This document shows, in pieces, positions 51,168-60,667 of a DNA stretch of 64,000 nucleotides. This stretch comes from an uncultured Clostridia bacterium (GTDB lineage Bacteria > Bacillota > Clostridia > Christensenellales > Pumilibacteraceae). The notes under the pieces are model-generated. The model made no database searches and was not told the DNA's origin. It saw only the letters and a program-made list of their open reading frames with translations. Within the stretch, counting starts at the first letter, position 1; every line of letters starts with the position of its first letter. Location: the NCBI GenBank assembly GCA_947175335.1, contig CAMWMF010000002.1, positions 47,969 to 111,968 of the forward strand, in the 5' to 3' direction. The translations under genes were made by a program, and so were the position numbers.

Positions 51168-52918
51168 TATTCTGCCTCTCTAAGTTCGGAGAACTGCTTA
51201 TTCATTTCGTCGTGCAATTCATCAAGCTGTGCGATATCTTCTTCCTTGACGTACTTTGCTCTGCCTATGCGCTCGCGGCAAGGAATATTCAACACGTCGT
51301 TTATATCCACGCCGCGGTCGAGCGCGCGCCGAGCCGCGTAGTAAAAGTCAACAATAAGCTTGAGCATTTTGAACTGCTTTTTGGGCGAAGTGTAGGTGTC
51401 TACCTCGTGGAAGGAGTTTTGGTGCAGGTAGTCCTCGCGCACCGACTTTGCAGCTTCCATAGTGAGCCTATCCGCGGGCGAAAGCGCGTCCATACCGACA
51501 AGCCTTACTATCTCGTCCAGTCGCGCTTCCTCTTGCAAAAGCCTGCTTATTTCCAGTCTGTATGCGCCGAACTGTTCGTCGACATTGCGACCGAACCAGT
51601 CCGCAAGTCTGTCGCTGTACAGCGAGTAGCTGACAAGCCAGTCGATTGCGGGGAAATGCCGCTTGTACGCAAGCGCGCTCGAAAGTCCCCAGTAAACCTT
51701 GACTATACGCAGCGTCGCTTGGCTGACGGGCTCAGACATATCGCCGCCCGGAGGCGACACCGCGCCGATAGCCGTAACCGAGCCCGTGCGCTCGGTAGAG
51801 CCCAACAATTTTACTTGACCGGCACGCTCGTAGAACTCGGCAAGGCGGCTACTCAAATATGCGGGATAGCCTTCCTCGCCCGGCATCTCTTGAAGTCTGC
51901 CGCTCATCTCGCGCAAAGCTTCCGCCCAACGCGAAGTGGAGTCCGCCATTATAGCTACCGAATAGCCCATGTCGCGGTAGTATTCCGCTATGGTTATGCC
52001 CGTGTAAATGCTCGCCTCGCGCGCCGCAACGGGCATATCCGAGGTGTTGGCGATGAGCACGGTGCGCTTCATAAGCGGTTGATTGGTCTTAGGGTCTATA
52101 AGCTCGGGGAACTCGTTTAGAACGTCGGTCATCTCGTTACCGCGCTCGCCGCAGCCCACGTACACTATTAAGTCCGCGTCGCTCCACTTAGCCAAAGCGT
52201 GCTGCAAAACGGTCTTGCCCGAGCCGAACGGGCCGGGTACCGCCGCCACGCCGCCGCGCGCTATGGGGAACAGCGTATCGACTACGCGCTGACCTGTAAC
52301 AAGCGGTTCCTCGGGCGGGAGTTTTTCCGCATACGGTCTGCCCTTTCGCACCGGCCAGCGTTGAAGCATAGTCACATTGTGCTTTTGCTTGCCGTCCGAT
52401 ACGACGGCAACCGTTTCGTCGATTGTAAAATCGCCCGAATTGATTTTTTCTATCTTGCCGCTGACGCCGTAAGGCACCATAATGCGGTGCGTGATAACCT
52501 CGTTTTCCTGCACCGTGCCGATTACGTCGCCCGCGGTAACGATATCGCCCTTTTTGGCGACGGGCGTAAACTTCCACTTCTTTTCGTGGTCGAGCGCGGG
52601 CGCGCTTACGCCGCGGTCTATCCTATCACCCGACAGTGCGTAAAGCTTTTCCAGCGGGCGCTGAATACCGTCGTAAATGCTGCCGATAAGTCCGGGGCCG
52701 AGTTCGACGGACAACGGCTGCTCGGTAGATACCACGGGCTCGCCCGTGCCGAGCATACTCGTTTCCTCGTATACCTGCACCGACGCCTTGTCGCCGCGCA
52801 ATTCTATGACCTCGCCGATAAGTCCTTTTTCGGACACCTTGACGACATCGTACATCTTTACGTCTTGCATACCGTCCGCAACAATCAGCGGTCCGCTTAT
52901 TTTGATGATTTTACCCAT
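51167..52918 (-). CDS. ntpA: V/A-type ATPase subunit A
   Basis: P-loop [26 protein letters not shown]. Confidence 0.97.
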   Translation of the reverse strand: MGKIIKISGPLIVADGMQDVKMYDVVKVSEKGLIGEVIELRGDKASVQVYEETSMLGTGEPVVSTEQPLSVELGPGLIGSIYDGIQRPLEKLYALSGDRIDRGVSAPALDHEKKWKFTPVAKKGDIVTAGDVIGTVQENEVITHRIMVPYGVSGKIEKINSGDFTIDETVAVVSDGKQKHNVTMLQRWPVRKGRPYAEKLPPEEPLVTGQRVVDTLFPIARGGVAAVPGPFGSGKTVLQHALAKWSDADLIVYVGCGERGNEMTDVLNEFPELIDPKTNQPLMKRTVLIANTSDMPVAAREASIYTGITIAEYYRDMGYSVAIMADSTSRWAEALREMSGRLQEMPGEEGYPAYLSSRLAEFYERAGQVKLLGSTERTGSVTAIGAVSPPGGDMSEPVSQATLRIVKVYWGLSSALAYKRHFPAIDWLVSYSLYSDRLADWFGRNVDEQFGAYRLEISRLLQEEARLDEIVRLVGMDALSPADRLTMEAAKSVREDYLHQNSFHEVDTYTSPKKQFKMLKLIVDFYYAARRALDRGVDINDVLNIPCRERIGRAKYVKEEDIAQLDELHDEMNKQFSELREAE

Positions 52919-52932
52919 AAAAACTCCGTTTT

Positions 52933-53036
52933 TAATTCGAAATTCGGTCGCCCATCATCCACCACTTCGTGGTCCCCCTTCCCCCCACGGGGAAGGTTGG
53001 ATTACGGTCGTAATTCTGCATTCTTAATTCTTAATT
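52933..53036. repeat. Heptamer-armed element, core type B, inside ATPase operon
   Basis: TCGCCCATCATCCACCACTTCGTGGTCCCCCTTCCCCCCACGGGGAAGG; right arm overlaps the ntpF-type stop codon. Confidence 0.85.
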
Positions 53037-53357
53037 AAACAATATGTCTACGCCGACAGCCTTCTCGACATCCTTTTTTACTCCCGCCATACCGAAGCCG
53101 TTGGAGCCTGTCGAGCCGGGAATACTAAGCACTACTGGGAAGGCTTGCTGTTTTAGCTTTTGCATAAGCCCTTCCATTTTGGCGGCGTAGTTTTCGGTGA
53201 CGAGTATTACGGCGTATTCGTCCGACTTGGCTATCTCGCGCAAAGTTTCCGCCGCCTTAACCTCGTCGTCCACCTTGTACACAGCCGCGCCGATCGCCAA
53301 AAACGCCGTTGCGCTTTCGCTGTCGCCTATTACCGCTATCTTTCCGATTTTTTCCAA
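53031..53357 (-). CDS. V/A-type ATPase subunit F
   Basis: KIAVIGD...IPGS.GSNG; operon position. Confidence 0.92.
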   Translation of the reverse strand: MEKIGKIAVIGDSESATAFLAIGAAVYKVDDEVKAAETLREIAKSDEYAVILVTENYAAKMEGLMQKLKQQAFPVVLSIPGSTGSNGFGMAGVKKDVEKAVGVDILFN

Positions 53358-53374
53358 TTTTTTTACCCCTTGCT

Positions 53375-54292
53375 CTACCTGTATATTTCGGGTATACGTT
53401 TATAGAACATATCGCGCGAATCGGTTTTGACGCACACAAGCGCGGTCTTGACCGTTTTAAGCTCAATCAGCGTTTCCGTATAGTAGTTTAAAAAGGGCGT
53501 ATTCGATACGTACGACACTACTTCCCTATACGAAAGCCAGTACAAAAAGTCGTCCGCTTCCAATTCCGATTTCCACAAATCGGCAAAGTCGTTTTCCGCT
53601 ATGCGCTCGGCGTACTCTGCGTAAGGCGTGTGTTCGAAGCAAGACGCAAAGTCATCCTCTGCAAGCGCTTCGGTAAGCGTTTCCGCACTTATCTTTCCGC
53701 CCGATATAAACTGCTCGCCGCTCAAGCCCAGCTTTTTCATACGCGCGGCGGTGAGAATGTTTTTCATATCGATTTCGGCACGCGCGTACTTTTTTACAAG
53801 CGGCACGCCGCACGACAATATATATGCGTACATGGCGCGGGTAAGCGCAAGGTCGATAGCCTGCGGATGAGTTTCGTTACTCTCGTCCAACGCTTCAAAC
53901 GCTTTTGCCATAAACGGGTCGGCGTCCGAATAATCGCCGTCGGCAATCTTTTTGCTGTCGAAGTCCACCGCGTAATATCCGTCGTCGGGAACAGTCGTAA
54001 ACCGCGATTTGTACGCCAGCTTTGCGTTGTTGTACTTGAACCGCGCAAGAAGCGCGTTAGCCAATTTTTCGCTCGCCGAGTTTTCCGATACGAACTGTAT
54101 AAGCTTGTTGGTTTCGCCCACGATAAAGCCGTCCACGCTCACTCCTTCCGAGTAAGCGTAGCCGTAATCGCCCAGCACCTTAAACGCCTCCGCAACCGTC
54201 TTGCATTCGACGACGCGGCGGAGCCGCTCGGTATTCAGTCGACCGGAATTAAATACCGCCGACATATTGGCAAAAACCTTGGTCGTGTTCAT
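53375..54292 (-). CDS. ntpC: V/A-type ATPase subunit C (d)
   Basis: Operon position between E and F; EIDMKNI motif. Confidence 0.85.
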   Translation of the reverse strand: MNTTKVFANMSAVFNSGRLNTERLRRVVECKTVAEAFKVLGDYGYAYSEGVSVDGFIVGETNKLIQFVSENSASEKLANALLARFKYNNAKLAYKSRFTTVPDDGYYAVDFDSKKIADGDYSDADPFMAKAFEALDESNETHPQAIDLALTRAMYAYILSCGVPLVKKYARAEIDMKNILTAARMKKLGLSGEQFISGGKISAETLTEALAEDDFASCFEHTPYAEYAERIAENDFADLWKSELEADDFLYWLSYREVVSYVSNTPFLNYYTETLIELKTVKTALVCVKTDSRDMFYKRIPEIYR

Positions 54293-54874
54293 TTATAGTC
54301 CCAATTTTGCAACCGTGTCGTACACGGTGCGTTCTTTAAGCTCGTCCACTATCGCGTCCACGGTAAGGTCGCGGTCGTACTTAGCGTTGCGCAAAATAAC
54401 GCCGCCCGAAAAGTCGCCCTTTTCACTCGACAGCGTAAGCTTCTTTTTGGCGGCTGTCGCCACCTTTTTGACCCACGCCGCCGTTACGCGTTTGCCGTCG
54501 CTTGCCGCTGCAATAACCTCGTCGCCGTCCTCGCAGTACTGCAATATAACGGCTTGAATGATTTTCAGATACGTTTCGTCGGGCGCCACGAGAAGCTTTT
54601 TCTTTACTCCGTCGTACACCGCCGCAACGCACTGCTGCTTTGCGCGAAGCAACGCCTTACCCGCTTCCAGCTCGCCCAGCTTGACTTGACCGGCAAACAA
54701 CTCCTGTGCCGCAAGCTCCGCCTTTTCGAGAGCCTGCTTTTGCGCGGCGTCAAGCTCCGCCCTAAGCTCGTCTAATTCGGCTTGGGTTGCCGCTTGCGCT
54801 TCCGCCACAATGGACGATGCGGTGGATTTGGCCGACGACAATATATCGTCGATTATCTTTTCTTTGCCCTGCAT
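54293..54874 (-). CDS. ntpE: V/A-type ATPase subunit E
   Basis: Helical N-terminus and C-terminal SGGVIL...D.T. Confidence 0.9.
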   Translation of the reverse strand: MQGKEKIIDDILSSAKSTASSIVAEAQAATQAELDELRAELDAAQKQALEKAELAAQELFAGQVKLGELEAGKALLRAKQQCVAAVYDGVKKKLLVAPDETYLKIIQAVILQYCEDGDEVIAAASDGKRVTAAWVKKVATAAKKKLTLSSEKGDFSGGVILRNAKYDRDLTVDAIVDELKERTVYDTVAKLGL

Positions 54875-54878
54875 GATT

Positions 54879-55352
54879 TTACGCGACAGTCAAAAGCATT
54901 ACGCCGAGAATGGAAACGATAAACGCGAATATAGCGAAGATCTCGACAAGAACGAGCATGGGAATGGCGTGACCGATTTGATTTTCCTGCTTGCCCACGA
55001 GGTTGATGCAGCCGATTGCGACGTTGCCCTGCATAATTGCGGACACCAAGCCGACGATTGCGATAGGCATGCAGTAAGCGAACATGATCCAGCCCTGCGC
55101 TTCGGTAAGCGATACCATTTCGCCGAACGCGTTAAGCTTGATGAGCATCATGAACGCAACGACGAAGCCGTACAGACCCTGCGTGGACGGCATAACCTGC
55201 AAAATCATTGTCGTGCCGAACTTTTCGGGTTGCTTGCTGAGCAAAGCGGACGACGCTTGTCCCGCGCGACCTACACCGATTGCCGAGCCGATGCCCGACA
55301 CGATAACGGCGAGCGCCGCACCGATTATAGCGTAAACATTACCCATAGACAT
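54879..55352 (-). CDS. ntpK: V/A-type ATPase proteolipid subunit K (Na+-type motif)
   Basis: 4 TM segments; PSTQGLYG, SAIMQG and LVE carry the T/Q/Y, Q and E residues of the Enterococcus hirae NtpK Na+ site. Confidence 0.95.
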   Translation of the reverse strand: MSMGNVYAIIGAALAVIVSGIGSAIGVGRAGQASSALLSKQPEKFGTTMILQVMPSTQGLYGFVVAFMMLIKLNAFGEMVSLTEAQGWIMFAYCMPIAIVGLVSAIMQGNVAIGCINLVGKQENQIGHAIPMLVLVEIFAIFAFIVSILGVMLLTVA

Positions 55353-55414
55353 ATTTTATCCTTCTCCTTTTGAGAAATATTTTTTATGGTAGACCTAAAA
55401 AGGCAAAACCCGTA

Positions 55415-57445
55415 TTAATTGTACCTGATGTACTTTGTTTTTTGACCGAGCGGCGCGAACAATCTGCCGCCGCCGTCGTAGAACTTGCCGTAGAATTCCA
55501 AGAATTGAAGGCGGGCGTCGTGAACGTATGCGCTGAGCACGCCCAGTCCGAGGTTGAACAAATGCAGTACCACAAGCACTATGGCACCGATTACGTATCC
55601 CGCAATCGGAATATCCATTATTATTCCGCCCAAGCTGTTGAATGCAAGACCTATGGCGCAGCTTGCAAGGCAAAGACCGAACAAGCGGCAGTACGACAAA
55701 AGGTCGGACAAAAGATTGACAAGCCCGTACAAGCCCTTAAAGCCGCCGACGATTTTACCGAAAACGTTTTTGCTGTTGCGGCCGCCGAATAACAGTATAA
55801 GCGCAACGCCGACAAGTGCAAACGCCATAGCGGTGGTTTTGAGCGCCGCGGGCGGCACAAAGCCTATAGTTATGCCGAGCATCGGCGCAAGCGACGGCAG
55901 CATGCCTATAACAAGCAGTATAAGCGCGACAAACAACAGCAGTATCGACCCGCAGTCGAATATGGCCGAGAACGGCTTACCCTCTTTACACAGCGCAACG
56001 AACTTGATTATAAAGCCGGTCATTATTTGAATAACGCCCATGCCTATGCTTAGCACAAGCAACATAAGCGGCTTATCCAACGGATTGAGAAGTATTGCGA
56101 CGTTTACGCCTTCGCCGAAGTCGATGGAAAAATACCCGCCGAACAGTACGCCCCAGATTATACCCGATATACCGCCCATACCGACGAGCAAAGCAAGCCG
56201 CTTAATGCCAACGTCAAACTTTTTGGACGTTCCGATTACCAATCCCGCAATCGCGAGTATAAGTCCATAGCCGGCGTCGCCTATCATTATTCCGAAGAAT
56301 AAGAAGTAGAACACCGCCATTATCGGGTTGGGATCGATTTCCCTATACCGCGGCGAGCTGTACATATCTGTAATTTGCTCGTACGCCTTGACTACGCGGT
56401 TGTTTTCCACAAGCGTGGGCGGCGCGTCCTTTTCCTCGGGCGCTAGCAGCTGTATAAACGCCTTGGGCGCGGCTGCTTGAACCTCGTCCACGGTAGTTTG
56501 CGCTATGCGCTCGGGCAACCACCCTTCCAGCACAAACGTACTGTCGGACTTTAAAAACTTTTGTTCGGCTTCCGACCGCTCTATGTCTAACTCTATTACG
56601 TCGTACAGTATGCGCAGGTCGTTAACGTGCTTTTCGTAGTCGAGCGCCGTTTTGGTAAGCTCGAAAATTTCGCGTTGCACGTCCTCGCTTTCGCTTTTTA
56701 GCGCTTCGACTTTTTGTGCAGCCGTGCAGTCATCGCTGTATTCGCACTTGGTATACCCTGCCGCACCTAATTGCTTATCTATTTCCGCAATGTTGTTCTT
56801 TCTTGCGACAATCAAAACAACTGTAACGCCGTCGCTGTTACGAACCTCGTACGCGCACGGCAAGCCGTTAAGCAATTCGTTAGGCTTTGCGCTCGTGCGG
56901 CTATTATACATAGCTATCGCTATATCGCCGTCGCGGTGCAATTCCGAAAGCTTGATAGGCATAACGGAATACGGTTTGTAATTCTCCGCCGCCGAATTCA
57001 ATTCAGCACAACGCTGCGAACAATCCACCAGTTTAAACGACAGCCGTTTAAGGTCGTCGCAAACGTGCATGAGCTCGTACTCGCGCGCCGCCGCGTCCGA
57101 AAAATCGGCTTTGGTTATAAGCCTACGCGCCGACGAATACTTCTCGCCCGACAGCGTGTACCCGATAGGCTGTGCATTGTTCTTTTGTACGTCGCGCTTG
57201 TTCTTTTCAAGCTCCGCCGCCATCGCCGCGTGCCGCGCTTTTAGGAAATCGAGCGCAAACGATATTTCGCTTTGTTTAAGTTTAAGCTCGCGGTAGCGGT
57301 TCGTTTCGCCCGAAGACAAATCAAAAGGCAGCGCGTCGGTTGCACGCGCTTCAAACAATCCTCTGCTTACAAGGACGTCCATTATTTTGTTTTGATCGCT
57401 CCTAAGGCCGACAAGCCGAAGGTGCGACATTTTGGCTATCGCCAT
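55415..57445 (-). CDS. ntpI: V/A-type ATPase subunit I (a)
   Basis: DAGYG, SDLLSYCRLFGL, HDARLQFLEFYGKFY. Confidence 0.95.
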   Translation of the reverse strand: MAIAKMSHLRLVGLRSDQNKIMDVLVSRGLFEARATDALPFDLSSGETNRYRELKLKQSEISFALDFLKARHAAMAAELEKNKRDVQKNNAQPIGYTLSGEKYSSARRLITKADFSDAAAREYELMHVCDDLKRLSFKLVDCSQRCAELNSAAENYKPYSVMPIKLSELHRDGDIAIAMYNSRTSAKPNELLNGLPCAYEVRNSDGVTVVLIVARKNNIAEIDKQLGAAGYTKCEYSDDCTAAQKVEALKSESEDVQREIFELTKTALDYEKHVNDLRILYDVIELDIERSEAEQKFLKSDSTFVLEGWLPERIAQTTVDEVQAAAPKAFIQLLAPEEKDAPPTLVENNRVVKAYEQITDMYSSPRYREIDPNPIMAVFYFLFFGIMIGDAGYGLILAIAGLVIGTSKKFDVGIKRLALLVGMGGISGIIWGVLFGGYFSIDFGEGVNVAILLNPLDKPLMLLVLSIGMGVIQIMTGFIIKFVALCKEGKPFSAIFDCGSILLLFVALILLVIGMLPSLAPMLGITIGFVPPAALKTTAMAFALVGVALILLFGGRNSKNVFGKIVGGFKGLYGLVNLLSDLLSYCRLFGLCLASCAIGLAFNSLGGIIMDIPIAGYVIGAIVLVVLHLFNLGLGVLSAYVHDARLQFLEFYGKFYDGGGRLFAPLGQKTKYIRYN

Positions 57446-57834
57446 TACGCCTTGCCTCCGAGCATCTTAAACAATACGTCTATCTGCTTAGCTATTTCCT
57501 TTTCTTTTTCCTTGACCAGCTTTTCGCCGTTAGCCACGGCCTTTTCCACGCGCTTTTCGCGTTCGGCGGCGGCGCGCTTAACGGCGTCCTCCGTCTTTTG
57601 CGCCTTGGCTTCGGCAATGGTGCGCGCGCTTACCTCGCGCATATTCCGCGCACGCGTAGCGCCGTCAAGCTGAATGGCCTTGGCGTTTTCCTCCGCCTTG
57701 GCTATTATGTGCTTGGCTTCGCGCTCGGCGGAAAGTATATCCGCAATCACGCCCGAAAGCTGAGCGTCAAGCGCTTCGCGGTCCTCGTATACGATTTCCG
57801 ATTGATTATTCTTTTTTACTGTCGTATCACTCAT
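57445..57834 (-). CDS. V/A-type ATPase subunit G/H
   Basis: Charged Ala/Glu/Lys helix, first in the ATPase operon. Confidence 0.8.
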   Translation of the reverse strand: MSDTTVKKNNQSEIVYEDREALDAQLSGVIADILSAEREAKHIIAKAEENAKAIQLDGATRARNMREVSARTIAEAKAQKTEDAVKRAAAEREKRVEKAVANGEKLVKEKEKEIAKQIDVLFKMLGGKA

Positions 57835-58273
57835 GAGAACCCTCGTAAGCGGTTATTTTTTCTACGCGGTTAGCGTGGCGACCGCCCGAAAAGTCGGTGG
57901 TCAAAAATGCTTGCGTTATTTGCAGCGCTGTTTCCATATCGGTGTTGCCCGCGCCTAGCGCCAAGCAGTTGGCGTTGTTGTGTTCGCGGCACAGCTTTGC
58001 CATTTCGGTATTTAAGCACAGCGCGCACCTGACGCCCTTTACCTTGTTGGCGGCAATGCTCATGCCGACGCCCGTCTTGCATATGACTATTCCGCGGTCG
58101 GCACTGTCGTTTGCCACAGCCTCCGCCACCTTGAACGCATAATCGGGATAGTCGCACGACGTTTCCGTATCCGTACCGACGTTGCACACAGCTATGCCCT
58201 GCGCCGTCAATTTGTCTATTATGGCACTTTTAAGCGCTATTCCGCCGTGATCGCTGCCGATATATACCGTCAT
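57827..58273 (-). CDS. rpiB: Ribose-5-phosphate isomerase B
   Basis: GSDHGG, CKTGVGMSIAANK, GGRHANR. Confidence 0.96.
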   Translation of the reverse strand: MTVYIGSDHGGIALKSAIIDKLTAQGIAVCNVGTDTETSCDYPDYAFKVAEAVANDSADRGIVICKTGVGMSIAANKVKGVRCALCLNTEMAKLCREHNNANCLALGAGNTDMETALQITQAFLTTDFSGGRHANRVEKITAYEGSHE

Positions 58274-58329
58274 ACAACACCTCTATGAGTAGTAGTATAC
58301 CATTTAAAAACAAATTTGTCACGCGAATT

Positions 58330-58363
58330 TAATTCGGAATTATGAATTCGGAATTCGGAATTA
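58330..58363. repeat. Solo heptamer arm
   Basis: TAATTCGGAATTATGAATTCGGAATTCGGAATTA. Confidence 0.8.
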
Positions 58364-58367
58364 TCGA

Positions 58368-58841
58368 TTATCCTTGTTTTTCTTTCAATTTTCGGTCGGC
58401 AAGCTCCAAAATCGCGTCGAAACCCGTTTGCATTTGCTGTGCGCACATTAGGTACGCTTGCGTGTTGTAACCGTACGGGTCGGGAATGCGAGTGCCTATC
58501 AAATCTACGTACGATACGGCGTTGTCGCTGTCACACCGCATTGCGTGCTCGTCGGTCATTCCTACAATCAAATCGCCGTCCAGCGACATCTGTACAGTGA
58601 ACACTTTGGCTTTGCGGTCGGGGTTGTGCTTTACGCCGAGTATTGTCAGCGCTTCCACCGCCTGCGGCATTATTTTATCGCCCTTGCCCGCTTCCAGCCC
58701 CGCGCTTGACACGGTAAAATCGCCGCTGCGCTTTTTTTGGCGCAGGTAGTCCTTGAACAAAAACTCCGCCATAGGCGACCGACACGTGTTGCCCGTGCAA
58801 ACAAATATTATGCTTACTTTTACTTTCTTATTATCCGTCAT
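58368..58841 (-). CDS. Low-molecular-weight protein tyrosine/arginine phosphatase
   Basis: CTGNTCRS and DPYG motifs. Confidence 0.93.
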   Translation of the reverse strand: MTDNKKVKVSIIFVCTGNTCRSPMAEFLFKDYLRQKKRSGDFTVSSAGLEAGKGDKIMPQAVEALTILGVKHNPDRKAKVFTVQMSLDGDLIVGMTDEHAMRCDSDNAVSYVDLIGTRIPDPYGYNTQAYLMCAQQMQTGFDAILELADRKLKEKQG

Positions 58842-59818
58842 ATGATTAGTCCGCCACTTAATTTGATCAATCGCGCAATGAGCGACTCGCCCAAGCCTAC
58901 GGGGTTGACGCCCTCGGCTATTACCGCGTCGTAATGCTCGCCGTCCGCTTTTCTAAGCACCGCAAACAAATTGTGCGCATACGCCTCGTAGCTGTCGCCT
59001 ACCGTAAACACCTCTCTGTCGCCGTACGCGTTACGGTTGCCGTCGAGGCAAAGCACCGCTACCTTTTTTTGCTGTGCAGTCAGTTCGTCGTAGCGCTTGC
59101 AAATATTGTCCGTCATTCCGTCGTAGTACGCCGAAAACAGCACTTCGGCGTTGGGCATATATCCGCTTAGTTTCGCGTCCTCGCGTTTCGAATTCACATC
59201 TCCGATAGCCTGCCTTAACTGCTCTACCGTAACTCCGCCCGCGCGCAAAACGGTGGGCGGCTCGGTGCGCATATCAACTATTGTCGACTCTATGCCTATC
59301 TTGGACGCGCCACCGTCCAGTATGTATTCTATCTTGCCGTCAAGGTCGTCCTTTACGTGCTGCGCAAGCGTGGGGCTTGCCTTGTCCGAAGTGTTTGCGC
59401 TGGGCACCACAACCGGCGCGCCGGCAAGCTCGATAAGCTTTTGCGCAACGGCGTTATCCGGTATACGTACCGCAACCGAATCGGAACCCGCCGTCACCTC
59501 GTCGGGAATAACGTCGGCGCGGTCAAACACCAATGTGAGCGCCCCGGGCATAAACTTGTCGATAAGTATTTGCGCCTTTTCGGGAATGGACTTAACCACC
59601 TTTTTTATGTCCGACTTTTTGGCCACCGCGACGATGAGCGGCTTGTCCATAGGGCGTTTTTTTACCTCGAACACCTTTTTTACCGCCTGTCCGTCGGTGG
59701 CCACCGCGCCCAAAGCATACACCGTTTCGGTGGGAAACGCCACAAGCTCCCCTGCCTTTAACCGTGAAGCACAGCGCATAATATTCAAATCGGTTGGTTT
59801 TAAAATTTCCGTTTGCAC
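58838..59818 (-). CDS. tsaC: L-threonylcarbamoyladenylate synthase, Sua5 type
   Basis: FPTETVY, KKRPMDKPLI, PSANTS and GIESTIVD plus Sua5 C-domain. Likely start is GTG at 59818. Confidence 0.95.
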   Translation of the reverse strand: MQTEILKPTDLNIMRCASRLKAGELVAFPTETVYALGAVATDGQAVKKVFEVKKRPMDKPLIVAVAKKSDIKKVVKSIPEKAQILIDKFMPGALTLVFDRADVIPDEVTAGSDSVAVRIPDNAVAQKLIELAGAPVVVPSANTSDKASPTLAQHVKDDLDGKIEYILDGGASKIGIESTIVDMRTEPPTVLRAGGVTVEQLRQAIGDVNSKREDAKLSGYMPNAEVLFSAYYDGMTDNICKRYDELTAQQKKVAVLCLDGNRNAYGDREVFTVGDSYEAYAHNLFAVLRKADGEHYDAVIAEGVNPVGLGESLIARLIKLSGGLII

Positions 59819-59883
59819 AATTCTGTCCTTGGTAGCAAAGATATCACGTGTAATTTTAGCATATTTCGTCAACAATTACAAGC

Positions 59884-60642
59884 ATGAAAAGCAAGTTTGC
59901 AAAATTTATAGACGGAACGATCGGCGCACTGCTGATATTTTTTGCCGCGTTTGCGGTGCTGCGGTACTTTATCCCTACGACGGACACGGCGGTATTTTGC
60001 GCGCTGACGGTGACCGCGGGACTGTGCATGCTGACAAGGCTGCGAGGAAAGAAAAAGGGCGAAGCTTATAAAATATCCAAGGCCGCCGACGATATGTTTT
60101 TCGAGTTTATGTTTTTGTCCGACAACGCGCCCGCTATGCAGCTTACAAACGCACTAAAAGCTAAGGGCGAAAACGCGATAAGGCACGGCAACGGCGTATA
60201 CCTGAACTCTACCGCCGCGTACTGCTGCTTTGGCTCGCTCGACGAAAAGGATTGCGCAAGGCTTATAGCAAAAGCAAAGCACTACGGCGCGGATAAGCTG
60301 GTTATATTGTGCAAAACCCCGCCGCCCGTGCCGCAGGTGGAAGACATGGAAATAGCTTCTGTGTACGGCGACGACGTTTACAAGCTGTTTGCCTCGCTTA
60401 ACGCCCTGCCGCCGCGCAAGTATGCGGATAGCGGCAAGCGACAAAACGCGTTTAAAAACGCATTTTCGCGCGACAAGATTTTTCGCTATTCCGTTCTTGC
60501 ATTTTCGTTTTTCTTTGCGGCGTGGATAAGCCGCTCGATAATAACCTTTGCCTGCTCGGTGATTTGCGTCGTGCTTGCTATAATAAGCGTGACAATGACA
60601 GCCGTACGCGCTGCAAAAAAGCATAAAGAAAAATCGGTGTAA
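59884..60642 (+). CDS. Hypothetical membrane protein (TM pairs at both ends)
   Basis: 252-aa ORF with N- and C-terminal hydrophobic helices; followed by a terminator. Confidence 0.75.
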   Translation: MKSKFAKFIDGTIGALLIFFAAFAVLRYFIPTTDTAVFCALTVTAGLCMLTRLRGKKKGEAYKISKAADDMFFEFMFLSDNAPAMQLTNALKAKGENAIRHGNGVYLNSTAAYCCFGSLDEKDCARLIAKAKHYGADKLVILCKTPPPVPQVEDMEIASVYGDDVYKLFASLNALPPRKYADSGKRQNAFKNAFSRDKIFRYSVLAFSFFFAAWISRSIITFACSVICVVLAIISVTMTAVRAAKKHKEKSV

Positions 60643-60662
60643 TACGTAACATTACACCGATT
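60632..60662. terminator. Bidirectional terminator-like hairpin
   Basis: Perfect 12-bp IR AATCGGTGTAAT/ATTACACCGATT between convergent genes. Confidence 0.7.
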
Positions 60663-60667
60663 ATATT

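Noticed and set aside
30400-58363. CRISPR array interpretation of the recurring repeats
   Set aside because: Repeats are dispersed between genes, made of 7-mers, and lack constant-length repeat-spacer periodicity; no cas genes.
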